Positions 1-8,136 of a DNA stretch of 64,000 bases are shown one piece after another; position 1 is the stretch's first letter, and every line of letters begins with the position of its first letter. A program made the translations under genes and the position numbers. The notes under the pieces are model-generated. The model was not told where the DNA came from. It ran no database searches and saw only the letters and a program-made list of their open reading frames with translations. This stretch comes from Pirellulales bacterium (lineage in GTDB: Bacteria; Planctomycetota; Planctomycetia; Pirellulales; PALSA-1355), in NCBI GenBank assembly GCA_963733035.1, contig CAVTBU010000008.1, positions 64,001-128,000 on the forward strand, read 5' to 3'.

Positions 1-1
1 C

Positions 2-427
2 GCCCGAGGGACAGTTGTTGGAATTACCCGCGGCACCAACGCGGCGCACATCGCGCTGGCGGCGATTGAATCGATGGCATTCCAATCGCGCGACCTGGTC
101 GAGGCGATGCAGCTCGATAGCGGACTGAAGCTAAACGAATTGAAAGTCGATGGCGGCGCGAGCGTCAACAACCGCTTGATGCAGTTCCAAGCAGACCTAT
201 TGGGCACGACGGTCCGCCGTCCCAAGGTCTCGGAAACGACGGCTCTTGGCGCGGCATATCTGGCTGGTCTGGCGGTGGGCTATTGGAAAGATGAAGCCGA
301 GATCGCGCGAAATTGGATCCTCGATCAGCAGTTCACGCCAAGCATGTCGGAGCCGGAGCGGAATGCTCGCTATGCTCGCTGGCAAAAAGCCGTGGGCCGC
401 TCACGCGATTGGGAAGCACACGCATAG
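2..427 (+). CDS. glpK: Glycerol kinase, C-terminal part (gene starts before the window)
   Basis: GITRGT...[36 protein letters not shown] and [18 protein letters not shown] motifs of the FGGY/glycerol kinase C-domain. Confidence 0.93.
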   Translation, partial: ARGTVVGITRGTNAAHIALAAIESMAFQSRDLVEAMQLDSGLKLNELKVDGGASVNNRLMQFQADLLGTTVRRPKVSETTALGAAYLAGLAVGYWKDEAEIARNWILDQQFTPSMSEPERNARYARWQKAVGRSRDWEAHA

Positions 428-445
428 GCAAACGACATTGCCCGA

Positions 446-1909
446 TCAGGGTCCGGGCCGCATGGCCTGATACGTCGGTTGCTGCGTGGCCTGGCTAGCG
501 GCGGCAGTATAGTGTTGCTCATTCTGCTCGAACTGGGCTCGCGAGGCCTCGTTGGCAAACAGGTAAATCTTGCCATCCGCGCCAAACACTCCAAATTCTC
601 GCTTGCCGGGCACCGACGAGTGATTGTCGATGGCCATCACCGGGTCCAGGCCCGACATGACCGGGGCATAGCGATCCGGTTCGGCCAAGAACTTCTCGCG
701 CTCTTGTGGCCCTAGAAACAGATACGTCCGACCGCGATGCACGGCGCCAAATGTCGGGTGTCCTACGGCCCAGCGTTTACGTTCCACGAGCGTGACCGGA
801 CAATTCCCGTCAAGAGCCAGGGGTGGGCACCCAGCCGGAATCGGTGGCAGTTGCACCTGCGGCGCCAAAGACGCTTGGGTCACCTGCGATGGCGGAGCCG
901 CATAAGGGTTGGCAGCGGTTTGCGCAGCCGGCGGCTGTGCAATAGGCTGACCGGTCGGAGGCGCCGCGGCATAAGGATTCATGGCCGTGGGTGGTTGAGC
1001 AGCCGGGGGTTGCGCATAGGGATTCGTGCCGACCGGCGGCTGGTTCGACGGCGGTGCGTATGGATTGGCGCCATTCGTAGCGTACGGATTGGCCGCGGGC
1101 GGAGTGTTGGCCGCGTACGGATTGGCGGCGGGTGCCGCTACGGGCGGAGCCGCGGCAGGCGCTTGAGCGTAAGGGTCGTGTAGCGGCGCGCCTTGTGTGG
1201 CGGGTGCCGACGACGGTACCGCGGCATAGGCCTGTGCCGGCGTCACCTGTCCGGCCGGCGCCGAGGGTGGCGCGGCTTGACCGTTTGGAAAGTACTCCGC
1301 ATAGGGGTCAGTACCTTGCAAGTTTGGCGACTGACCTGCGGGCGGTGTGCTCGGACCTGCGACGGCGGCAGCAGGCGGAGCCGAATAGGGGTCCTGCGTC
1401 ATGCCAGCCCCAGCGGCTGGTTGCGTACCCGGCGCGCCGGGTGCCGCAGCCGGCGTATCGGCCGACGCATCACTCACTCTCCGCGCAAGTGCCCGGTGTC
1501 CGGCCGCGGCCTGGTTCATTTGCTGCACGTATTGCGACGCAGTCGGCGGGCTCTGTAGTTGAGAAACCAATCGGCCAGACGGCGTGGTAATCACGTCCGA
1601 GGGCAAGCTCGATACGCCATACAGTCTGGCGGTTCCCGGCGCCTCATCGGCATTAAGCTTCACAACCACGAAATTGCTTTCGAGTCCTTTGGCCGTCTCC
1701 GGTTTACTGAAGACTTCCTGCTCCATGCGCATACACGGTCGGCACCAGGGAGCCCAGAAGTGAATCAGCACCAGGCGGTTGGATTGAGCCGCCAGGCGTT
1801 GTGCCGTTTCGAGATTCTTCTGCCAAGGCATTTGGTTCTCGGCCGAAGCCGTCGCCGCACAAATCGCCAGCAATAAGGCGGTGGTGGTGAATTGAAAAAT
1901 CGCCCGCAT
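446..1909 (-). CDS. Secreted thioredoxin-like protein with Pro/Ala-rich linker and C-terminal YHS-like domain
   Basis: Signal peptide, WCRPC CxxC motif, repeated NPYA units, ALDGNCPV...TYLF...FLAEPDRYAP. Confidence 0.8.
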   Translation of the reverse strand: MRAIFQFTTTALLLAICAATASAENQMPWQKNLETAQRLAAQSNRLVLIHFWAPWCRPCMRMEQEVFSKPETAKGLESNFVVVKLNADEAPGTARLYGVSSLPSDVITTPSGRLVSQLQSPPTASQYVQQMNQAAAGHRALARRVSDASADTPAAAPGAPGTQPAAGAGMTQDPYSAPPAAAVAGPSTPPAGQSPNLQGTDPYAEYFPNGQAAPPSAPAGQVTPAQAYAAVPSSAPATQGAPLHDPYAQAPAAAPPVAAPAANPYAANTPPAANPYATNGANPYAPPSNQPPVGTNPYAQPPAAQPPTAMNPYAAAPPTGQPIAQPPAAQTAANPYAAPPSQVTQASLAPQVQLPPIPAGCPPLALDGNCPVTLVERKRWAVGHPTFGAVHRGRTYLFLGPQEREKFLAEPDRYAPVMSGLDPVMAIDNHSSVPGKREFGVFGADGKIYLFANEASRAQFEQNEQHYTAAASQATQQPTYQAMRPGP

Positions 1910-2165
1910 GGGAGAACAGCCCCCCTCTGTGGAAAAGACTTCGAGGTGATCTGAGGGCTGTATCGGTTAGCCACCTTGCTCCAGTTTGGTAAATCTTGCC
2001 GGTAAACTGGAGATTGGCGAACCGGGGTTTTTCATCGGGCGTATTGCTGATTGGGACGCCATTTTCAACGGCATGTGAAAGCGTCGACTGCTGGCACAGT
2101 CGGCGCAGTCGCCCTCCCATTTGTGAAAATCTTCCCAGTCTCCCGCAATATCGCTCGAGACTCGC

Positions 2166-2193
2166 TTGACATTGGTCGAGAGATGACTAAGAT
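2166..2193 (+). promoter_or_regulatory. Sigma70-type promoter upstream of the rho leader
   Basis: TTGACA (2166-2171), 16-nt spacer, TAAGAT (2188-2193). Confidence 0.65.
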
Positions 2194-2197
2194 GGCC

Positions 2198-2597
2198 ATA
2201 GTTTTAAGCTCTGCCACGCAGGCAGGCGCCGTGGCTCATGAGTAGTCTCCGGTTGAGGTCGTCTCAGATTGAGACAGTCCCTGCCGGGACCTTGATTCGC
2301 CGGAAAGTGAATCGATGGGCCCCCCCAAGGTGAATAAGACGCTGAGCGTCTTTGCTACTGGGGAAATGAGACGCTTCTGGACTTGGCTCCCGTCGTGAAA
2401 CGTGCGGGAAAGGTCGCGCACGATGGCGGCCAATTGCTTGAATTGCCCGTGAGCCGAATGGGTCGGGCTTCCTTGCGTGAACCGTTTATTCGCACGAGGG
2501 GTAGACGGCCCAAGAGTCCATCCAAGCGACTTGGCGACGCGGGTATTTCGCTGCCGGAACACGGCTGCCGAAAAGGTATGACGGCACCTGGAACTAT
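2198..2597 (+). ncRNA. Candidate large structured RNA / rho 5' leader of unknown class
   Basis: Begins at the predicted TSS; 5' ATAGTTTTA pairs with 3' TGGAACTAT; more than 12 mostly nested helices found by eye; no convincing ORF. Confidence 0.5.
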
Positions 2598-2831
2598 AGT
2601 CGGCTAAAAAGGTTTTCAAGAATCTCGTCCTCGGAATGGGCGCTTCTCTTGCAGAACGTCCAGACCGCGACGAGTGGGGTTTTCGATCTTCGTCACGTGA
2701 CGAAGAACGGCTTCTAGTAAGGGCATTCGGCATCGACGCTGAACCGCCGCTCGATTGTTTCCGCTCGCAAGCCGCGCGCGTGGTCTGCACTCGCGCGCTC
2801 GTTGAGTCGTGGTTTCTTTTCAGGGTGAATC

Positions 2832-4145
2832 ATGGGTAAACGCAAAAAGGGTCGTGCTCGCGGGCGTGGAGGCATGGGAGGCCAAATGGGAGGCGGCGGT
2901 GGCGGGGGGGGACCGCACAACGGTCGATCTCGTGGCCGCGGCGGACGACGGTTCAACAAGGACCAAGGCGATCGTCCACCTTATAGCGAAGCCGATCTGG
3001 CCGCCGACAACGGGGAACCGGGTGCCATTGAACCGGGGATCGGTGTTCTCGAATTGCATCCCAATGGTTACGGCTTTCTACGTAACCCCAAGACAAATTA
3101 TCTTCGCGAGCGATCCGATCCATTCGTGCCCGGCACGATGATCGACAAGTTCGGTCTTCGCGAAGGTGTCTTGATCAATGCCATGGTTCAGCAGGCCCGC
3201 AAGCAGCAGGGCCCCCGGGTCAAGGAAATCGTCGACGTCGACGGCATGAAGCCGGAAGAATACGTCAACGTGAAGAGTTTTGACGCTCTGACGCCGATCA
3301 ATCCGGAAAGCTGGTTGCGGCTCGAAACGGGCCCAACACCGCTCAGTACACGCGTGATGGACCTGCTCACACCTCTGGGCAAGGGCCAGCGTGCTCTGAT
3401 TGTAGCCCCGCCCCGCACGGGCAAAACGTTCCTTCTGCAGCACATTGCGAACGCAATTTCGACCAACTATCCCGAACTCACGTTGATGATGCTGCTCGTT
3501 GACGAGCGGCCGGAAGAAGTAACCGATATGCGGCGCTGCGTCGAAGGCGAGGTCATCGCCAGCAGCCTGGACCGTGACGTCGAAAGCCACGTCCGCCTTT
3601 CGCAGCTCGTCGTCGAGCGCGCCAAGCGTCTGGCCGAAATGGGCAAGGACGTCTTTCTGCTGATGGATTCCATCACCCGCATGGCCCGGGCCTTCAACAA
3701 GTGGGTTGGCAACACCGGCCGCACAATGTCCGGCGGCGTCGATATCAAGGCCCTCGACATCCCCAAGAAGCTCTTCGCCACCGCCCGTGTGTTTGAGGAA
3801 GGTGGCTCACTGACCATCGTGGCCACGGCCCTGGTCGATACTGGTAGTCGCATGGATGAATTGATCTTCCAGGAGTTCAAAGGCACCGGCAACATGGAAC
3901 TGGTGCTCGACCGCAAGCTGGCCGACCGCCGCGTATGGCCGGCCATTGATATCTCGCAGTCGGGCACGCGCCGCGAAGAAAAGCTGCTCGATCCCGAGAC
4001 ATTGCATGCGGTAAACATGCTTCGACGCACGCTTTCCACGATGCATCACGTCGATGCCATGGAACAGCTGACGAGCAAACTGGCCAAGTTCAAATCGAAC
4101 CGGGAATTCATCAGCCTCATCAGCAGCGCTCAAGCGGCCGACTAA
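2832..4145 (+). CDS. rho: Transcription termination factor Rho with Gly/Arg-rich N-terminus
   Basis: GVLELHPNGYGFLR RNA-binding domain, GKGQRALIVAPPRTGKT Walker A, DERPEEVTDM, IFQEFKGTGNMEL. Confidence 0.97.
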   Translation: MGKRKKGRARGRGGMGGQMGGGGGGGGPHNGRSRGRGGRRFNKDQGDRPPYSEADLAADNGEPGAIEPGIGVLELHPNGYGFLRNPKTNYLRERSDPFVPGTMIDKFGLREGVLINAMVQQARKQQGPRVKEIVDVDGMKPEEYVNVKSFDALTPINPESWLRLETGPTPLSTRVMDLLTPLGKGQRALIVAPPRTGKTFLLQHIANAISTNYPELTLMMLLVDERPEEVTDMRRCVEGEVIASSLDRDVESHVRLSQLVVERAKRLAEMGKDVFLLMDSITRMARAFNKWVGNTGRTMSGGVDIKALDIPKKLFATARVFEEGGSLTIVATALVDTGSRMDELIFQEFKGTGNMELVLDRKLADRRVWPAIDISQSGTRREEKLLDPETLHAVNMLRRTLSTMHHVDAMEQLTSKLAKFKSNREFISLISSAQAAD

Positions 4146-4225
4146 CGGGAGCGTCCTCGCAGCGGATCAGGGAAGACCAGCCACCGTCCTGTCTGGATGG
4201 CTGACGACTTTGCCCTGCCCGCGCG

Positions 4226-5983
4226 CTAACGCACGTTTGTCAGCTTGGGCGATCGCGCCAACATGCGAGGCAAGCGCCGCCCGATGACGACGGTTCGGTT
4301 GTGCACTTCGCGCTGGACCGGGTCGCACGGTATTTCGGCGACTTCTTCCCATTCGAACGGTAGCGTACCCGGCGTCGACATGGGCAGGCGACCGTCGCTC
4401 CCGCTACGAGATTCCGGCGTATCGCCGGGTCGACGGTCGAAGCAGAAGTACTCGACGTCCGCGGGCAAGTCGGATGCCGCCACCGGCCAATCGACTTGCC
4501 GAATCTGCCGATCGTAGACGAATGCAAAGCGATGGTACACGCGCCCCAAGCTCACAAGTTCGTCGTCGATGAACCGCTGCTTCAGTTCCGCGACAGCCGG
4601 CTCAAGGTCGTTGGCACCTTGCAGTCTCATGTTGAGGTACAGACCCGATTGACCCATTGCCAGGAAGCCACAGAGGGCCAGAATCGCCACCTGCGGTCGC
4701 GGACGCGATTCGCCTTGTGATGCCCAAATCAGTAGCCCGGCGGAAATCGCCACAACAGGAATCCACACCGCCAAGAAAGGTCCTGATTGCGCGAGCGCGG
4801 AGAGCGGTTGCCACGGCACCAGGGCGGCCGCGACGATTCCAATTCCCACGACCGAAGCCGTGATGGCTGAAATCCGTTGAAAATGCCGCCAAAACATCCG
4901 ATCCGCCGGCGCCGCCAAACGCGCGGTACAGTGCTCGACGACCAGCCCGATCAACACGGCAAGGCAAGGATATAGGGGCATGTAGTAACGTCCCCTCGCT
5001 CCGGCCGCCAACCAAACGCTGGGGTACGTCACGGCCAGGGCCACCAGCAGGAATTTCATTGCCGGACGCTCGGCCCAAATCGAACGCCGCACGCGTGGAT
5101 GCAATAGCGCCAACAGGAGCGGGGACCATGGCAGCAGGCAGCCGAACGTTTCAAGCGGGTAGCTGGCCATGTGGCTGAGCAAGCCACTGATCGTGAAGCG
5201 GTCCTGAGCCAGACCGGCCCAAATATCATCGACGACCTGCCAATTGTTCGTCGCAAAGGGAACCAGCCAGGCGCCCACGATCACGGCGAACACGGCCGCT
5301 CCCACGACGTGAGCCCAACAGAAGAGCCATCGCCAATTCCGTTCCAGAACCAAAAAAACGCCGCACGCGCCGACGAAATAAATCGGTGCCTGCGGGCCCT
5401 TCACCAAGGCACCAAACGCCGCCAGTCCGTAGCCAGCGCACCATGCCAGGAGCCGCGAACGTCCCGAAATATACATTCCGTGCCAAGTCAACAGCGCACC
5501 ACCGACAAACAGGGTGAATAACGCCTCTGACTCACCGAGCCGGCCAATTTGCATCACCTGGCCGAATGTTGCGTAGCTCGCCGCTGCTGCAAATGCACCC
5601 CGCCGAGACAACCAAAGTACGGCGTAACCATAGATTCCGAGCACCATTGCCAGCGTCGCCGCGGCGCTGGGCAGTCGCGTGGCAACCAAATCGACGTCGC
5701 CCCGTACCAGACCGACGAGTCCCATTGCCCAACTGCCGAGCGGAGGGCGTTCAGGGAAGATGGTACCTTGCTGCCGTGGTACCACCCAGTCGCCGGTGGC
5801 AATCATTTCGCGCGCTGCGTTGGCCCATCTCGACTCCTCGCCACAGACAGGCAGTGAAGTCAAACGCGCGAAATACACGCCTAGTACGAGCACTGTCAAT
5901 GCCGCAAATTCCCATTGTCGCCATCCAGCGACGCGGGTTTCTGGCGCGAAACATGAGAGCGGTGCGGTACTGCTGTCTTCCAT
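4226..5983 (-). CDS. ArnT/PMT-family (GT-C fold) membrane glycosyltransferase
   Basis: EESRWANAAREMIATGDWVVP, ERPPLGSW, RLPSA and LVKGPQA motifs; many TM helices; start codon uncertain. Confidence 0.85.
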   Translation of the reverse strand: MEDSSTAPLSCFAPETRVAGWRQWEFAALTVLVLGVYFARLTSLPVCGEESRWANAAREMIATGDWVVPRQQGTIFPERPPLGSWAMGLVGLVRGDVDLVATRLPSAAATLAMVLGIYGYAVLWLSRRGAFAAAASYATFGQVMQIGRLGESEALFTLFVGGALLTWHGMYISGRSRLLAWCAGYGLAAFGALVKGPQAPIYFVGACGVFLVLERNWRWLFCWAHVVGAAVFAVIVGAWLVPFATNNWQVVDDIWAGLAQDRFTISGLLSHMASYPLETFGCLLPWSPLLLALLHPRVRRSIWAERPAMKFLLVALAVTYPSVWLAAGARGRYYMPLYPCLAVLIGLVVEHCTARLAAPADRMFWRHFQRISAITASVVGIGIVAAALVPWQPLSALAQSGPFLAVWIPVVAISAGLLIWASQGESRPRPQVAILALCGFLAMGQSGLYLNMRLQGANDLEPAVAELKQRFIDDELVSLGRVYHRFAFVYDRQIRQVDWPVAASDLPADVEYFCFDRRPGDTPESRSGSDGRLPMSTPGTLPFEWEEVAEIPCDPVQREVHNRTVVIGRRLPRMLARSPKLTNVR

Positions 5984-6173
5984 GACGACACTTCCTACCA
6001 ATCCGTGGCTTGAGGGGCGAGAAGCGTCCCAAAACCCGCAAGGTGCCGCAAGGTCGGTTTCCAGCCTGCACAGTGCGGTCGCACCCAGACACCAGTCAAC
6101 TAGGCAATGGCACGGCCGTGGGCTAGAATTTGACGATGTCCGACGGCCGGCTGCCCGCCGCGGCGTCACAATC

Positions 6174-6255
6174 GGAGGGTAAGCGAATGGCTAGCGGCGA
6201 CACTGGAAATGTCGTGCCGGGTAACCGGTTGCGGGTTCGAGTCCCGTGCCCTCCG
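6174..6255 (+). tRNA. tRNA-Ser(GGA); integration target; CCA not encoded
   Basis: Acceptor GGAGGGT/GCCCTCC plus discriminator G; anticodon arm CGACA-CTGGAAA-TGTCG; long variable arm GCCGG-GTAA-CCGGT; T-arm GCGGG-TTCGAGT-CCCGT. Confidence 0.93.
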
Positions 6256-6257
6256 CT
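6202..6257 (+). repeat. att core, left copy (3' half of tRNA-Ser from the anticodon arm)
   Basis: ACTGGAAATGTCGTGCCGGGTAACCGGTTGCGGGTTCGAGTCCCGTGCCCTCCGCT, identical to 22932-22987. Confidence 0.95.
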
Positions 6258-6308
6258 GTTTCGTAGCAATGACTTGCGTCGATGGTGGTATTGCACATTT
6301 CCGGTCGA

Positions 6309-7496
6309 TCAGGCGTGTTTTACTGCCAATTGACTGCCATTCTCGGAATGGTCGGCGATCATGAGTGAGTCCATCTTCGCCGCGGCGTCAATCTGCATAC
6401 TCGGCATGACGTGGGAGTAGGTATCCATCGTCAGGCTGATCTGTGAATGCCCTAACCGCTCTTGAACCACCTTCATGTGGACGCCCTGACTCAACAGTTG
6501 TGTGGCGTGCGTGTGCCGCAGATCGTGGAAACGGACCATACGGAGCCCTGCCCGCTTGAGTAGCGGCTTGAACTCGTCGGCGTGGAAATGACTCCGCCGC
6601 AGCGGTCCGCCGTGCTGGTTGGTGAATACGTGCTCAGAACCAGCCAAGCCAGCCGCCACGGTCGCCTTGCGATGCCCTGATAGCTTGTCGATGACCTTGG
6701 AGCCGATTACCACCAGCCGACGGCTCTTGGCGCTCTTGGGCTCGGCGAGGGCCAGCTTGCCGTCAATCTCGGTCAGTGTCCGCCTGACGGAAACCGTGCC
6801 AGCCGATAGATCGATATCGGACCACTGGAGTCCGAACAACTCGCCGATACGCAGCCCGGAGCCAATCGCCAGCCAGTACAGAGCCTCCAGGCGGTCACCA
6901 TCCGCCGCGGCCAACAGCCTACCTACCTCTGACGTGTCGAGCGGCGTGATCTCGCTTTTGGGCACCCTGGGGGGCTCTACGGCGTCACAGACGTTCCGAA
7001 CCACGAGTCCCCACTTGAGCGCCTGCTTGAGAGCACGGTGCAGCACAGCATGAGCCAGACGTCTTGGGTTCGGTCCAATCCCGTCGCGCTCCATTTCGGA
7101 GTAGAGCGCCTGGACGTGCACCGGGGTGAGCTTCTGGAGTCCCACGCCGCCGATTCGCGGGTTGATGTGATTCTTCACGATGGCCTTGTAATTGTAGAAC
7201 GTCGTAGCGCGTACGGTCATGCGGGCAACGTCGTCAAGCCACTTTCCCAGGTACTCGGCAACTGTCTTGCGGGACGGATCTACGAGAGTCCCGGTCAGCT
7301 TGGACGACTGCACGCGAGTCAGTTCATCCTGAACAGCCTTTTTCGTCTTGCCGTATACCGTCCTGCGCTTCCGCTTGCCGTCGGCACCGTAGCCGACGCT
7401 AATCATCGCACACCAACGCCCATCGGGTCGCCGATATACCGAACCTTCGCCACGCCCTCGACGCGCTCGGCGTTTACTCTTCGTTGCGTCGACCAT
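6309..7496 (-). CDS. int: Tyrosine recombinase / phage integrase
   Basis: N-terminal RGRGEGSVYRRPDGRW; catalytic R in SGLRIGE, HxxR in FHDLRHT, LGHS and DTYSH. Confidence 0.96.
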   Translation of the reverse strand: MVDATKSKRRARRGRGEGSVYRRPDGRWCAMISVGYGADGKRKRRTVYGKTKKAVQDELTRVQSSKLTGTLVDPSRKTVAEYLGKWLDDVARMTVRATTFYNYKAIVKNHINPRIGGVGLQKLTPVHVQALYSEMERDGIGPNPRRLAHAVLHRALKQALKWGLVVRNVCDAVEPPRVPKSEITPLDTSEVGRLLAAADGDRLEALYWLAIGSGLRIGELFGLQWSDIDLSAGTVSVRRTLTEIDGKLALAEPKSAKSRRLVVIGSKVIDKLSGHRKATVAAGLAGSEHVFTNQHGGPLRRSHFHADEFKPLLKRAGLRMVRFHDLRHTHATQLLSQGVHMKVVQERLGHSQISLTMDTYSHVMPSMQIDAAAKMDSLMIADHSENGSQLAVKHA

Positions 7497-7498
7497 CC

Positions 7499-7717
7499 TT
7501 ATTTCCTCCCCTTGGTTTTCACGAGTCGCAGTCCAAGAAATGCCGCCAGCTTCTCCGCGGTTCCAAGCAGAATATCTTGCTGCCCGGACATGAACCGGCT
7601 TACAACCGGCTGGGGCACGCCCGACTCTTTGGCGATTCGATAGTACGACAGTCCGCTATCGGTCACGAACTGCCGTATCTGGTCGGCCGTCATTGTGTCT
7701 ACCTGTTGCTTTACCAT
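7499..7717 (-). CDS. Small XRE/Cro-like HTH regulator, directly upstream of int
   Basis: SYYRIAKESGVPQPVVSRFMSG HTH; stop codon 2 nt from the int start. Confidence 0.85.
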   Translation of the reverse strand: MVKQQVDTMTADQIRQFVTDSGLSYYRIAKESGVPQPVVSRFMSGQQDILLGTAEKLAAFLGLRLVKTKGRK

Positions 7718-7723
7718 ACTCTC

Positions 7724-7753
7724 CAGTATATATACTGATCGCAATATGGTCAA
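7724..7753 (-). promoter_or_regulatory. Promoter of the HTH-int operon with palindromic operator
   Basis: Minus strand TTGACC-17-TATACT; perfect palindrome CAGTATATATACTG (7724-7737) overlaps the -10. Confidence 0.7.
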
Positions 7754-8136
7754 GCGTTCAGTTGTGTCAAAAATCCCGCCCGGCGCCTTTTCACTGACGC
7801 CGGACGGGTCGCTGTCGGGGCCCGTCTTCACTCGGGTCCGGACCTAGGAGTTGGCTTGTCACTGGCTCACGCCCCTCAATCGCCGCGTGGCGTTCGCCCC
7901 CTTGCGCCTCGATGATCTTGGTTCCAAGTAGCAGCGCACACGCTCGGCCAGCAGGGACGCGTCAAAGGGCCCCTAGCGGCTGCCGACCCAAGTATCGCGT
8001 GGGTGGATTTGCGCGCGTTAGGCGGCGCGTGTGGCGCTCGACGCGCAGGCGATGGCATGGTCGCACCGCGAACCACCCACCGATCCCGACGCAGCGGATC
8101 ATGTGAACACCGCCCCTTCACGTCGCGCTGGAGGCA

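Noticed and set aside
2198..2597. Identification of the structured region as tmRNA or RNase P RNA
   Set aside because: No tRNA-like ends with a T-loop, and no GAGGAAAGUCC/P4 signature on either strand
2236..2790. 184-aa minus-strand ORF and other short ORFs in the rho leader
   Set aside because: No recognisable domain, Ser/Arg-rich composition typical of non-coding frames; the region is better explained as structured RNA
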